Part shown: positions 29,682 through 39,500 of the stretch, in pieces
Layout: the number at the start of each line of letters is the position of its first letter
Position numbering within the stretch: the stretch's first letter is position 1
Source of the DNA: Sphingobacteriia bacterium
GTDB lineage: Bacteria > Bacteroidota > Bacteroidia > Chitinophagales > Chitinophagaceae
Direction of reading: 5' to 3'
Assembly (NCBI GenBank): GCA_004294135.1
Contig: RDZY01000016.1
Location: 18,036-82,035 of the forward strand
DNA: 64,000 nucleotides
Notes under the pieces: model-generated
Seen by the model: the letters and a program-made list of their open reading frames with translations, nothing else
Databases searched by the model: none
What the model was told of the DNA's origin: nothing
Translations under genes and position numbers: made by a program

Positions 29682-30218
29682 TTAGTCAAGCTTCTTTCCA
29701 ACTGCCTCAAAAAAAATGCTTAACTCTTTAAACATATCTTTAAATAGGGGAATTGCTTTGCCAAAAAAATCAATTGATTTAGGCCCCCAATAATGAATAT
29801 AAGTATATCCAACAGATTGCTGTATAACAGTAGGTTTGAGGAGGTGCATCTTTTCTAGATAAAATATTAAGACGCTAAAAATACTGATGTAAAGAACCGT
29901 ATATAAAATTATTCCGCCGAGGGTATTTACCCATCCAAGCATAGAAAATTTAAGGGTAGTTTCAATTATTTTAGCGACAATTCTAACCAGTATTCCTACT
30001 ACAATCATGATTACAATAAAAGCTAAAAAAGGCAACCAACCTATATTTATACTCACCGAATCACTCAACCATTTGGCTACTATTGCACTCATTTTTATAG
30101 CTGCGGCCATTCCAATAAATACTGCTGCAAAAGAAAAAGCTGCCACTACAAGTCCTTGTTTCCAACCTTTAATGATTGCCAAAACAATCAATGCTATTAA
30201 ACAGGTATCGATCAACAT
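29682..30218 (-). CDS. CvpA (colicin V production) family membrane protein
   Basis: MLIDTCLIALI..KGWKQGLV; N..LGG motif; four TM segments. Confidence 0.85.
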   Translation of the reverse strand: MLIDTCLIALIVLAIIKGWKQGLVVAAFSFAAVFIGMAAAIKMSAIVAKWLSDSVSINIGWLPFLAFIVIMIVVGILVRIVAKIIETTLKFSMLGWVNTLGGIILYTVLYISIFSVLIFYLEKMHLLKPTVIQQSVGYTYIHYWGPKSIDFFGKAIPLFKDMFKELSIFFEAVGKKLD

Positions 30219-30222
30219 ATAG

Positions 30223-30675
30223 TTATTTAGTCAATAATGCCTTAACGGTATCAGCAATTGCTTTGCCATCAGCTTTACCCGCAAGTTGTTTGCTGGCTGC
30301 ACCCATCACCTTACCCATATCTTGTGGTGAGGTTGCGCCCAATTCCGCAATAATGGCGGCAATTGTTTGTTCCAACACTTCTGGTGATAATTGGGCTGGC
30401 ATAAACTTTTCTATTACCTCAATTTCTTCTATTTCTTTTTGTGCCAAATCGGCTCGGTTTTGCTGTTGAAAAATGGTCAGCGAATCTTTGCGTTGCTTCA
30501 CCAGTTTTTGCAATAATTTAAGTTCTCCTTCAGTGGTTACTATTCCGTTTGCACCAGGCTCTGTTTTTACTTTAATGATTTCTGCTTTTATAGCCCTCAA
30601 CCCACGTAAAGCTGCTTCATCTTTGGCTTTCATAGCATCTTTCAATTTACCCATTACTTGTTCTTCTAAGCTCAT
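30223..30675 (-). CDS. GatB/YqeY domain protein
   Basis: LKDAMKAKD..LRAIK, KQRKDS..F..R.DL..E, DMGKVM and ADGK motifs. Confidence 0.93.
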   Translation of the reverse strand: MSLEEQVMGKLKDAMKAKDEAALRGLRAIKAEIIKVKTEPGANGIVTTEGELKLLQKLVKQRKDSLTIFQQQNRADLAQKEIEEIEVIEKFMPAQLSPEVLEQTIAAIIAELGATSPQDMGKVMGAASKQLAGKADGKAIADTVKALLTK

Positions 30676-30683
30676 ATACTAGG

Positions 30684-31028
30684 TTATTTTGTTTGATTAA
30701 TTTGTGTGGCGCGAAATTTTTTATAAAACTCTTTTGCGAAATTCTTCATATCATCTACCAGTTCCTGCTGTTGTGTGGCACGAAGATAAGTGTCTGCCAT
30801 ACCCATCATAGTTTGGTAATAGAAATCGGCCATTTCATCTACCATCATATCTTTTGTCCAGAGGTCAATCCTCAATGCAGTTTTATCTGCTCCATCCCAA
30901 AATGCCAGCATCATTGATTTGGCTTTTTGTTTCATATCGGCGGTACTGTCGGTAGCAATCCATTCGATGGATTGGGGTACTTTATTTTCGTCGAGTACTA
31001 TATCAACGGTAATATTTGATTGTTTCAT
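30684..31028 (-). CDS. gldC: Gliding motility protein GldC
   Basis: LDENKVP..I.W.A.D..KAMML.FWD..LRIDLWTKDM.VDEM..F..QT...MADT. Start taken at ATG 31028 (MKQSNI). Confidence 0.9.
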   Translation of the reverse strand: MKQSNITVDIVLDENKVPQSIEWIATDSTADMKQKAKSMMLAFWDGADKTALRIDLWTKDMMVDEMADFYYQTMMGMADTYLRATQQQELVDDMKNFAKEFYKKFRATQINQTK

Positions 31029-31037
31029 GTATTGATT

Positions 31038-31226
31038 TTTATTGATTTCATTTGCCACATGGAATTAGCTTCGCTGAACTTCGTTTCGCTAATCAACATT
31101 TTAGTTGGCTGCAAATTCCTGTTATGGCTCATTTCATGTGTTAATATTTATTGATTTCATTTGCCACATGGAATTCGCTAATCAAAATTTTGGTTGGCTG
31201 CAAATTCTTGTTATGGCTCATTTCAT
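31038..31226. repeat. Tandem duplication of a 100/80-bp structured element upstream of gldC
   Basis: Copies at 31038-31137 and 31147-31226 are nearly identical; the second lacks the 20 nt TAGCTTCGCTGAACTTCGTT. Confidence 0.92.
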
Positions 31227-31247
31227 ACTAGCTTTTCTTTAAAACTG

Positions 31248-31255
31248 CAAATTTA
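31248..31255 (-). promoter_or_regulatory. -7 promoter element (TAAATTTG) overlapping the glycosyltransferase stop codon
   Basis: Minus strand reads cca-TAA-ATTTG; the TAA at 31253-31255 is both stop codon and promoter TA. Confidence 0.55.
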
Positions 31256-32386
31256 TGGCTTAACGGTTACTGTATTAAGAATTTCCTGCCAAAATAGTTC
31301 TGCGGCAGTATCCCAATTATGGTGAACGGCTCTTTGTAATCCTTTCTGAATAAGTGTTTCTCGAATTTTTTCATCCCTATAAACTATTTGCATTTGTTCG
31401 GCTATTGCTGCCGGATTTTTTGCATCTGCGTATAAAACTGCATCACCCCCTACTTCTGGCATGCTTGAATTATTGGCAGTTATTACCGGAACACCCGATT
31501 GCATGGCTTCTACTATCGGCAGTCCAAAACCTTCAAAATCAGATATATACAGCGAGGCGTAAGCCGAAGCGGTTAATTTTTGCAGTACTGCATCTGCTAA
31601 ATAACCCGTAAGAATTACATCATTTCGGTATTTGTAGGTCTTCAATTTCTCTTGAAAAGCTCGGTAATGCCAAGCAAGTCTACCTACAAAAACCAATTTC
31701 ATATTAGTTTTATGCCATTTTTTAAATAAAGAGAATGCCTTAAGCAGGTTCATCATATTTTTACGAGGGCTAATTCCACCTACACATAAAAAAAATTCAT
31801 ACCCATCGGTATAAGCCTCTTTTAACTGCTCTTTTTCTTCCCAGCTAATGGGTACAAAACCCTTTCTTGCCGCACCGCTGATTACTTTTATTGGCTTGGT
31901 TGTAAGCGGATATTGTTGCTCAATATCTTTTTTAGAAAACTCAGAAACGGTGACAATATTAGCGGCTTTATTCAAAAAATGGGGCGTAAATATTTTATAA
32001 TGCCAGCGCTGAAGCCAACTTATTTGAAGCGGGAAATGATGAAAAGCAAGATCGTGTATCACCAATAGTTGAGGTGTTTTACTTGTAAGGCTACAGAATC
32101 CGTAAGGCTGCACCCATATATCAGGCTTTATTTTTCTTAGTGCCAATACCGCACTTATATTGTACCAGTACAAAAAAGCAGGAACGTGGCGAGCTGGCGG
32201 ACCTACTTGAATAGATTTAAGGTTTGGTGCAGTGAAAAATGGGTGACTGTATGCACGATCAAATACCAATACAAACTCATGTTCAGGGTGTGATTCAACC
32301 AGGCGACTAATAATTTCATTAGCATAGTTTCCATAGCCTTCTAATAAATTCGGCTGAAAAAAAATGGCATTCACTGCTATAACCAT
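31253..32386 (-). CDS. GT-B glycosyltransferase family 4 (group 1)
   Basis: VIHDL, TVSEFSK, GGISPRKN, EGFGLPIVEAMQSG and SSMPEVGG. Confidence 0.92.
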   Translation of the reverse strand: MVIAVNAIFFQPNLLEGYGNYANEIISRLVESHPEHEFVLVFDRAYSHPFFTAPNLKSIQVGPPARHVPAFLYWYNISAVLALRKIKPDIWVQPYGFCSLTSKTPQLLVIHDLAFHHFPLQISWLQRWHYKIFTPHFLNKAANIVTVSEFSKKDIEQQYPLTTKPIKVISGAARKGFVPISWEEKEQLKEAYTDGYEFFLCVGGISPRKNMMNLLKAFSLFKKWHKTNMKLVFVGRLAWHYRAFQEKLKTYKYRNDVILTGYLADAVLQKLTASAYASLYISDFEGFGLPIVEAMQSGVPVITANNSSMPEVGGDAVLYADAKNPAAIAEQMQIVYRDEKIRETLIQKGLQRAVHHNWDTAAELFWQEILNTVTVKP

Positions 32387-32390
32387 GGGG

Positions 32391-32398
32391 CAAAGTTA
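32391..32398 (-). promoter_or_regulatory. -7 promoter element (TAACTTTG) overlapping the DUF502 stop; leaderless geometry
   Basis: Minus strand reads gat-TAA-CTTTG-cccc-ATG. Confidence 0.6.
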
Positions 32399-33019
32399 AT
32401 CGTGCATGTCCGTAACACCGCCAGAAACTGTATACTTCATTGCATCGGATGCGCTTATATTTGGAAGGGGTTTTACATGGTCTTTGGGTACCATATAAGT
32501 GATGCCTGAAATGGCATAGGAATGAGGCACATAAACGGTTACATGATCTTCCAGCCCAAAATCTGCACTGCTTTGCTGGGTAATAAAACCAATTCGCCAG
32601 ATATCAGCAGCATCAACATTTACAAGTACTGGTTTATCGAATTTCTTTTTATTGCCTGCAAATGCCTCTAGAAAATCTTTTACTGATGAATAAATAAATT
32701 TAATACCAGGTGTTTTTTCCAGCACCGTATCTAATAAAGCCACCAATCGGCCAACAGCAAAAAGAGAAGAAAGCCATCCTACCAATAATACCAATGATAT
32801 CACTACAATAAAACCCAAACCAGGTAGCCTAATAAGATTGCCTTCGGCGTCTCTTTTTATAAGACTTGGTGCCAGCGTGCGAACAATATTGGGAAGAATA
32901 TCGTCCACTACATTAAACAAACTGATGACTACCCAAGAGGTAATACCAATTGGAGCGAGTACAATCAATCCCTGAAAAAAGAATTGAAGAAGCCGTTTTA
33001 AAAATTCGCGGATGGTCAT
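32396..33019 (-). CDS. DUF502 family membrane protein
   Basis: FFQGL..LAPIGIT, IPG.G, K.PG.K.IY..VKD, VYVPHS..G and SGG motifs. Start taken at MTIREF 33019. Confidence 0.88.
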   Translation of the reverse strand: MTIREFLKRLLQFFFQGLIVLAPIGITSWVVISLFNVVDDILPNIVRTLAPSLIKRDAEGNLIRLPGLGFIVVISLVLLVGWLSSLFAVGRLVALLDTVLEKTPGIKFIYSSVKDFLEAFAGNKKKFDKPVLVNVDAADIWRIGFITQQSSADFGLEDHVTVYVPHSYAISGITYMVPKDHVKPLPNISASDAMKYTVSGGVTDMHD

Positions 33020-33166
33020 AAGCAGCCCATTGCTTGGTGATGCAAGATACAATAAGATATATAGTTTTGAAAATGCTTACAAATTTTTAAAATACTTACA
33101 CCTATAAAGCTCGCCTTTCATCACGAAAATGCGGCTTTTAATAATAATTTAATCTAAATAGTTACT

Positions 33167-33204
33167 TGGAAACTTTGGTTACAAAAATAGTTTCCATAGT
33201 TTTG
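33167..33204 (+). promoter_or_regulatory. Putative TetR operator (TGGAAACT-N14-AGTTTCCA) abutting a -7 element TAGTTTTG
   Basis: Perfect 8-bp inverted repeat at 33167-33174 / 33189-33196, then TAnnTTTG at 33197-33204. Confidence 0.65.
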
Positions 33205-33224
33205 TCCTCGAATTAAATAAAATA

Positions 33225-33842
33225 ATGGAGCAAAGGATTACCATAAAAGCCCAAGAACTTTTTTTCAGATATGGTCTGAAGAGTGTTACTATGGACGATA
33301 TCGCTTCTTCTTTGGGCGTAAGTAAGAAAACAATTTATCAGTATTATACTGATAAAGATTCCTTAGTAGCAGCGGTAGTTCAACAAGAAATTGATAATGA
33401 TCTGGTTGAATGTTCTAAGCATAGCGCAGAAAGTGAGAATGCAGTTCATGAAGTATTTATGGCCATTGATATGATGCAAGAAATGTTCAGCACTATGAAT
33501 CCAGCCATCATTTTTGAGATGGAGAAATACCATCCAATTGCTTTTGAAAAAATGAACGATCATAAAAATAAGTTCCTTTATAAAGTCATCAAAGCTAATT
33601 TGGAGAAGGGGATGGAAGAAGGTCATTATCGTGAAGATCTTGATCCTGATATTATTGCTAAGTTCCGTATTGAAAGCATTTTTTTTGCATTCAATCCCGA
33701 ACTATTCCCTCCAAATAAGTACACATTGTTACAGGTAGAAATGATTATAATGGAACATTTTCTCTACGGTATTTGCACCCCAAAGGGAGAGAAATTAATA
33801 ATTAAGTATAAAAAGCAACGCGAAAAAAACAACCAATTATGA
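33225..33842 (+). CDS. TetR/AcrR family transcriptional regulator
   Basis: LFFRYGLKSVTMDDIASSLGVSKKTIYQYY HTH. Confidence 0.95.
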   Translation: MEQRITIKAQELFFRYGLKSVTMDDIASSLGVSKKTIYQYYTDKDSLVAAVVQQEIDNDLVECSKHSAESENAVHEVFMAIDMMQEMFSTMNPAIIFEMEKYHPIAFEKMNDHKNKFLYKVIKANLEKGMEEGHYREDLDPDIIAKFRIESIFFAFNPELFPPNKYTLLQVEMIIMEHFLYGICTPKGEKLIIKYKKQREKNNQL

Positions 33843-35242
33843 GCATTTTTAAAAAACAGGTCATATGGCTCTGCATGGTTTTACTGGCTTCTACGGCTGG
33901 TGCTCAAAAAACTGTTGCAAAACACGAATTGAGCATTGAACAAGCAGTGGTTTATGCCAATAAAAACAATGTACAAGTGAAAATTGCACTTTTAGCCATT
34001 CAAACTCAAATGCAAACCAATAGAGAAATTACTGCTGCGGCTTTGCCTTCCCTTACTGGTAGTATTGGTACCCAGCACTTCCCTAATATTGCCGTACAAA
34101 CTTTACCCAATTTTATTTCGCCAGCTACCTATCAAGTGCTGGTAGATGAAGGCGTAAAAGATGGTAGTGGCAATCCCATAAAATTTCCAGGTAATTTTGA
34201 CTTTATTCAAGCGCAATTTGGCACCAAATGGAATGCGAGTGCTGGCATAAGTCTTCAACAACTTTTGTTTGATGGTCAGGTTTTTGTAGGACTACAAGCG
34301 CGCAAAGCTGCTATCGAATTTCAAACTACCGGATCTAAAGTAACCGAAACCATTATTAAATCGAATGTTTACAAAGTATACTATCAATTGGTAGTAAGTA
34401 AAACGCAGATTGATTTACTAGATGCCAATATAACTAGACTGAAAAAACTGGAACACGATGTAAAAGCTTTATATAAAAACGGTTTTGCTGAAAGAATTGA
34501 TATTGATAAAATTGCAGTTCAACTTACCAACCTAAATACCGAAAAACTAAAAGCACTGAATTCCATTCAGATGGGATACCTTGGTTTGAAAACCCTAATG
34601 GGTATGCCTGCTGCTGACACTTTGGTACTCACCGATTCTCTCAACTACCAACAACTAAAAGAAGATATTACCAGCACTGCATACAATTACAACGATCGAC
34701 AAGATTTTCAGTATTTAGGGTTGGCAAAAAAACTGAATGAATACAACGTAAAACGCTATCAACTCAGTGCCTTACCTACAGTAGCTCTTGGAGCGCAATA
34801 CAGTAAAATTGCACAACGAAATCAGTTTAATTTTTTTAATAAAGGCGATTGGTTTACATCATCATCTATTGGCTTAAATATAGCGGTTCCTATTTTTGAT
34901 GGCTTTGCTAGAGACGCTAGAATAAAGAAAGCTAGGATTGATTTACAACAGACTGACTATCAAATTGACAACCTAAAACTTAATATTGATATTGCCGTAG
35001 AGCAGTCAAAACTAAAATATCAATCTGCCATTGCTACAATGGACTTTCAAAAAACAAATATGGATCTCGCCGAACGTGTATATACCCAAACCAAAAAGAA
35101 ATTTGAAGCAGGTACCGGTTCTAACACAGAAATCAATGCGGCGGATCTTGATTTAAAAACAGCTCAAACTAATTATATCAGTGCATTATACGATGCAATT
35201 ATTGCGAGAGTTGATTTTTTAACGGCTACCGGAAAACTATAA
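33839..35242 (+). CDS. TolC family outer-membrane efflux protein
   Basis: Signal peptide and OEP repeats; ATGA overlap with tetR. Confidence 0.92.
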   Translation: MSIFKKQVIWLCMVLLASTAGAQKTVAKHELSIEQAVVYANKNNVQVKIALLAIQTQMQTNREITAAALPSLTGSIGTQHFPNIAVQTLPNFISPATYQVLVDEGVKDGSGNPIKFPGNFDFIQAQFGTKWNASAGISLQQLLFDGQVFVGLQARKAAIEFQTTGSKVTETIIKSNVYKVYYQLVVSKTQIDLLDANITRLKKLEHDVKALYKNGFAERIDIDKIAVQLTNLNTEKLKALNSIQMGYLGLKTLMGMPAADTLVLTDSLNYQQLKEDITSTAYNYNDRQDFQYLGLAKKLNEYNVKRYQLSALPTVALGAQYSKIAQRNQFNFFNKGDWFTSSSIGLNIAVPIFDGFARDARIKKARIDLQQTDYQIDNLKLNIDIAVEQSKLKYQSAIATMDFQKTNMDLAERVYTQTKKKFEAGTGSNTEINAADLDLKTAQTNYISALYDAIIARVDFLTATGKL

Positions 35243-35259
35243 TTACCAACATTCAAACC

Positions 35260-36471
35260 ATGTTTATGAAAACTATACTACAATCACTGTTCATTGGAAC
35301 AACCCTACTGGTATTCATCAGTTGTGGCAGCAATTCAGAAAAAAACAATCCCCTTGCTGATAAAAAAAATGCGTTAGAGAAATTAAAAACGCAACAAAAC
35401 ACACTGACCAATCAAATTAAAAATTTAGAGTCTGAAATCGCAAAACTCGATACCAGTTCTTCAAATAGTGTGGCTAAATTAGTTGGCATCTCTGCTGTTA
35501 CTGCGCAATATTTTGCACATTATATTGACTTGCAGGGCAATGTTACCTCCGATAATATTTCTTATGTTTCTCCACGCATGGGGCCTGGTCAAGTTCGCTC
35601 CATCTTTATTAAAAAAGGGGATATGGTTAAGCAGGGTCAGTTGCTTATTAAGCTGGACGACGCAGTAATGAAGCAATCTGTAATTGCAGCTCAAAAAAGT
35701 TTAGAGACTTTGAAAACACAACTCAGCTTTGCAAAAGACATCTATCAACGTCAAAATAATTTATGGAAAGAGGGAATTGGAACAGAAGTACAATTAATTT
35801 CTGCAAAGAACAATGTACAATCTTTAGAGCGACAAATTGCTGCTGGTGAAGAACAAATTAAAGTTGCAGAAGAACAACTTAGAGCCACCAATGTAACAGC
35901 TGATGTAGCAGGAGTAGTTGACGAATTAAATGTGCGAGTTGGTGAAATTTTTGCTGGCATAGCAGGCGTAATGCCACAGATTAAAATTGTAAATACTGCT
36001 GCTATGAAAGTGACTACAGAAATACCAGAAAATTACAGCAGCAAAATTAAACAAGGTTCCAAAGTCATTATTAATTTACCAGATATTAATAAAGTATTTA
36101 ATAGTTCAGTAGCAACTGCCAGCAGATCTATTAATGCAAATAATAGAAGTTTTGAAGTGGAAGTGAAAATTCCTTATGATGCCAATATTCGTCCAAATCA
36201 ATTGGCACAAATTAAGTTTTTAGATTATGAAGCTACTAATGCTATTGCTGTAAATATAAATACAGTGCAGACAGATGAAAAAGGTAAATATGTTTATATA
36301 GCAGTAGCCAATGGCAATAAGTTAATGGCAAGAAAAAAAATGATTGTTGTAGGCGAGGTTAATGGCCAGCTCATTGAAATTAAATCAGGTCTTAACGCAG
36401 GCGATCAATTGATAACAGAAGGTTATCAGAATATTTACGAGGGGCAATTATTGACCGTATTAGCAAAATAA
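35260..36471 (+). CDS. RND efflux periplasmic adaptor (MFP), lipoprotein
   Basis: FISC lipobox, lipoyl-like G.V..G..L..LD, SRSF.VEV and GL..GD..I..G. Confidence 0.92.
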   Translation: MFMKTILQSLFIGTTLLVFISCGSNSEKNNPLADKKNALEKLKTQQNTLTNQIKNLESEIAKLDTSSSNSVAKLVGISAVTAQYFAHYIDLQGNVTSDNISYVSPRMGPGQVRSIFIKKGDMVKQGQLLIKLDDAVMKQSVIAAQKSLETLKTQLSFAKDIYQRQNNLWKEGIGTEVQLISAKNNVQSLERQIAAGEEQIKVAEEQLRATNVTADVAGVVDELNVRVGEIFAGIAGVMPQIKIVNTAAMKVTTEIPENYSSKIKQGSKVIINLPDINKVFNSSVATASRSINANNRSFEVEVKIPYDANIRPNQLAQIKFLDYEATNAIAVNINTVQTDEKGKYVYIAVANGNKLMARKKMIVVGEVNGQLIEIKSGLNAGDQLITEGYQNIYEGQLLTVLAK

Positions 36472-36513
36472 ATTGTGAACAGAAGCAGTTCTGCTTCCAT
36501 CAAAAGATTGTTT

Positions 36514-39500
36514 ATGAAATTCATAGAAGGCATTGCCAAAAAGTTCAAAGCGTTTAAGCCTACCAGTTGGGCAGTTGATAATAAAACAGCGGTATACGTA
36601 ATTACAATCCTCATTTCTTTGTATGGATTGAATAAATTCAATACCCTACCCAAAGAACAGTTTCCCGATATTGTAGTACCAACCATTTCGGTAAGTACAG
36701 TGTATTTTGGTAATTCTCCTAAGGATATTGAAAATCTGGTAACCCGTCCCATTGAAAAACAACTAAAGTCAATCAGTGGTGCTAAAGTGAATAAGATTCA
36801 ATCTACTTCGCAACAGGATTTCAGCTTGATTGTTATTGAGTTCGATACCGATATCAAAACTGAAGTTGCTAAACAAAAAGTAAAAGATGCAGTTGATAGA
36901 GCACAAACCGATTTACCCAACGACCTAACTACACAGCCCAATGTGCAAGAGTTTGCTTTCAGCGAAATTCCCATCATGTTCGTTAATCTCAGCGGTGAAT
37001 TTGATGGCGTAAAACTAAAACGATATGCAGATAAAATGCAAGATCGATTTGAAGAGATGAAAGAAGTGAGCAGGGCAGAAATTGTTGGGGCACCAGAAAG
37101 AGAAATACAAATTAATATTGATCCAGCAAAAATGGCCGCGGCAAGAATTACTTTTCGTGATATTGAAACGGCTGTGAATTATGAAAACAAAGACATCAGC
37201 GGCGGCTTGGTAAAAGTAGGTGAGATGAACCGAAATATTAAGGTAAAAGGCCAGTTTAGTTCTGCTTTTGACATGACCAATATTCAAATAAAAAACGTAC
37301 TAGGCGCTCCTATTTATTTAAAAGATATTGCACAAATTATTGATACAGTAAAAGAGACTGAAAGCTATGCTAGATTAGGTGGAGCAAATGTTATTACACT
37401 TAATATTGTAAAAAGATCAGGTGAAAATTTGATCAATACAGCAGATGGAGTTAAAAAAATTGTTGCTGAAATGCAAGCCAGTCAAGAACTGCCAAAAGAC
37501 CTTAAAGTATTAATTACGGGCGACCAGAGCAAAAAAACAAGGACCTCTTTCAACGAATTGGTGAATACCATTATTATTGGTTTTTTATTGGTATTGCTGA
37601 TTCTTATGTTTTTTATGGGTGTTACAAATGCATTTTTTGTTGCATTAAGTGTACCACTTTCTGTATTTGTATCTTTTCTATTTTTACCACTAGCAGATTC
37701 AATTGTAGGATCACCCGTAACCTTAAATTTTATTGTATTATTTGCACTATTATTTGGGCTAGGAATTATAGTAGATGATGCCATTGTGGTTATTGAAAAT
37801 ACACACCGTATTTACAATAATGGAAAAGTAAAAATTGTTCGTTCAGCTAAAGAAGCTGCTGGTGAAGTATTTATTCCCGTGCTGGCTGGTACCGCAACAA
37901 CATTGGCACCATTCTTCCCGTTGTTATTATGGAAGGGGCTGATTGGCAAGTTCATGATTTACCTGCCAACCATGCTTATCTTAACATTAACTGCTTCTTT
38001 GATAGTTGCCTTCATCATCAATCCAGTTTTTGCAGTAAGCTTTATGAAACCTGAAGGACGCGAATTTGAAGAACCCAAAAAAGCTATTTTTAAAAAGTGG
38101 TGGTTCTGGGCATTTGCAGCTTTTGGTGTGCTATTTAATATTGCCGGCTGGCATGGATTTGGGAATTTCTTGATTTGTATGGATCTCTTGTTTTTATTGG
38201 AAAGATTTTTATTAAGAGGAATCATTCATTATTTCCAAGAAAAATTATTGCCTGGATTAATGAATCGCTATGAGAAACTACTGAAGTATTTACTTACAGG
38301 ATTTCGTCCAGGATGGTTGATGTTGGGACTGTTTCTTTTATTCCCTATCTCATTATTTTTATTGGTTATAAGAAATAATCCCAAGCCGTTTTTCCCTAGT
38401 GGAGATCCAAATTTCATTTACGTTTATTTAAAAATGCCTATCGGTACAAAAACACATACAACCGATTCAGTAGTGCGCATTTTAGAAAATAGGGTTTATA
38501 AAATATTAGGCGATAATAAACCAGATATACCTGGCAGTATTGTAGAAAGTGTGATCTCTAATGTTGCCGTAAGTGCCAATAACCCAAGTGATAATAACAG
38601 AAGCACCCAATCACACTTAGGTAGAATTCAAATATCCTTTATTGAATTTGAAAAAAGGCATGGAAAGAGTAGTGCTACCTATTTAACTGCAATTAGAAAA
38701 GAGATGAATGGTATTCCTGGTGCATCTATTGAAGTGGGTCAAGAAGATAGTGGGCCTCCGACTGAATTACCAGTAAATATTGAAATTGTAGGCGATAATT
38801 TTGAGTCTATTGCAAAAGTTGCATACGAATTACAAAATCATCTGGATACCAATCGTATTCCTGGAATTGAAAACTTACAAATGGATGTAGATTTAAACAA
38901 TCCAGAAATTACAGTAAATATCAATCGTCAACGGGCACTTGCTGAAGGATTAAGTACTGCTCAAATTGGTATGGAGCTTCGTACTGCAGTATTTGGTAAG
39001 GAAGTAAGTAAATTAAAAGATGGAGAAGATGAATATAAAATTCAACTACGCTATAAAGATATTGCTCGTAATAATATTAATGATTTGATGAATATGCGCA
39101 TTGTTTTTCGTGACTTCAATAGTGGTCAAGTTAAACAGATTCCATTGAATAGTGTTGCTACCATTGACTATACCAATACCACTGGTGGCGTTAAAAGAAA
39201 AAATCTTAAACGTACCATTCAGATTCAATCAAATGTTACCGATCCTTCTTTAACACCTGTGGTAAATGCAGAACTGGCTAAAAAAATAGAAATATTTAAA
39301 TCGAAAACACAGCTACCTGCTGATGTAACCATTCGTCAGACTGGAGAAAGTGAACAACAAGCGGAAACATTAACCTTCCTCGGAACTTCTATGGTAGCAG
39401 CTCTACTAATGATTTTCTTAATTCTAGTATTACAATTCAATAGTCTTAGTAAACCATTTATAGTACTTACAGAAATATTTTTCTCTATTATTGGGGTATT

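Noticed and set aside
31038-31226. CRISPR array interpretation of this or the 54-55 kb repeats
   Set aside because: Only 2-3 long units, no short repeat/unique spacer periodicity and no cas genes.
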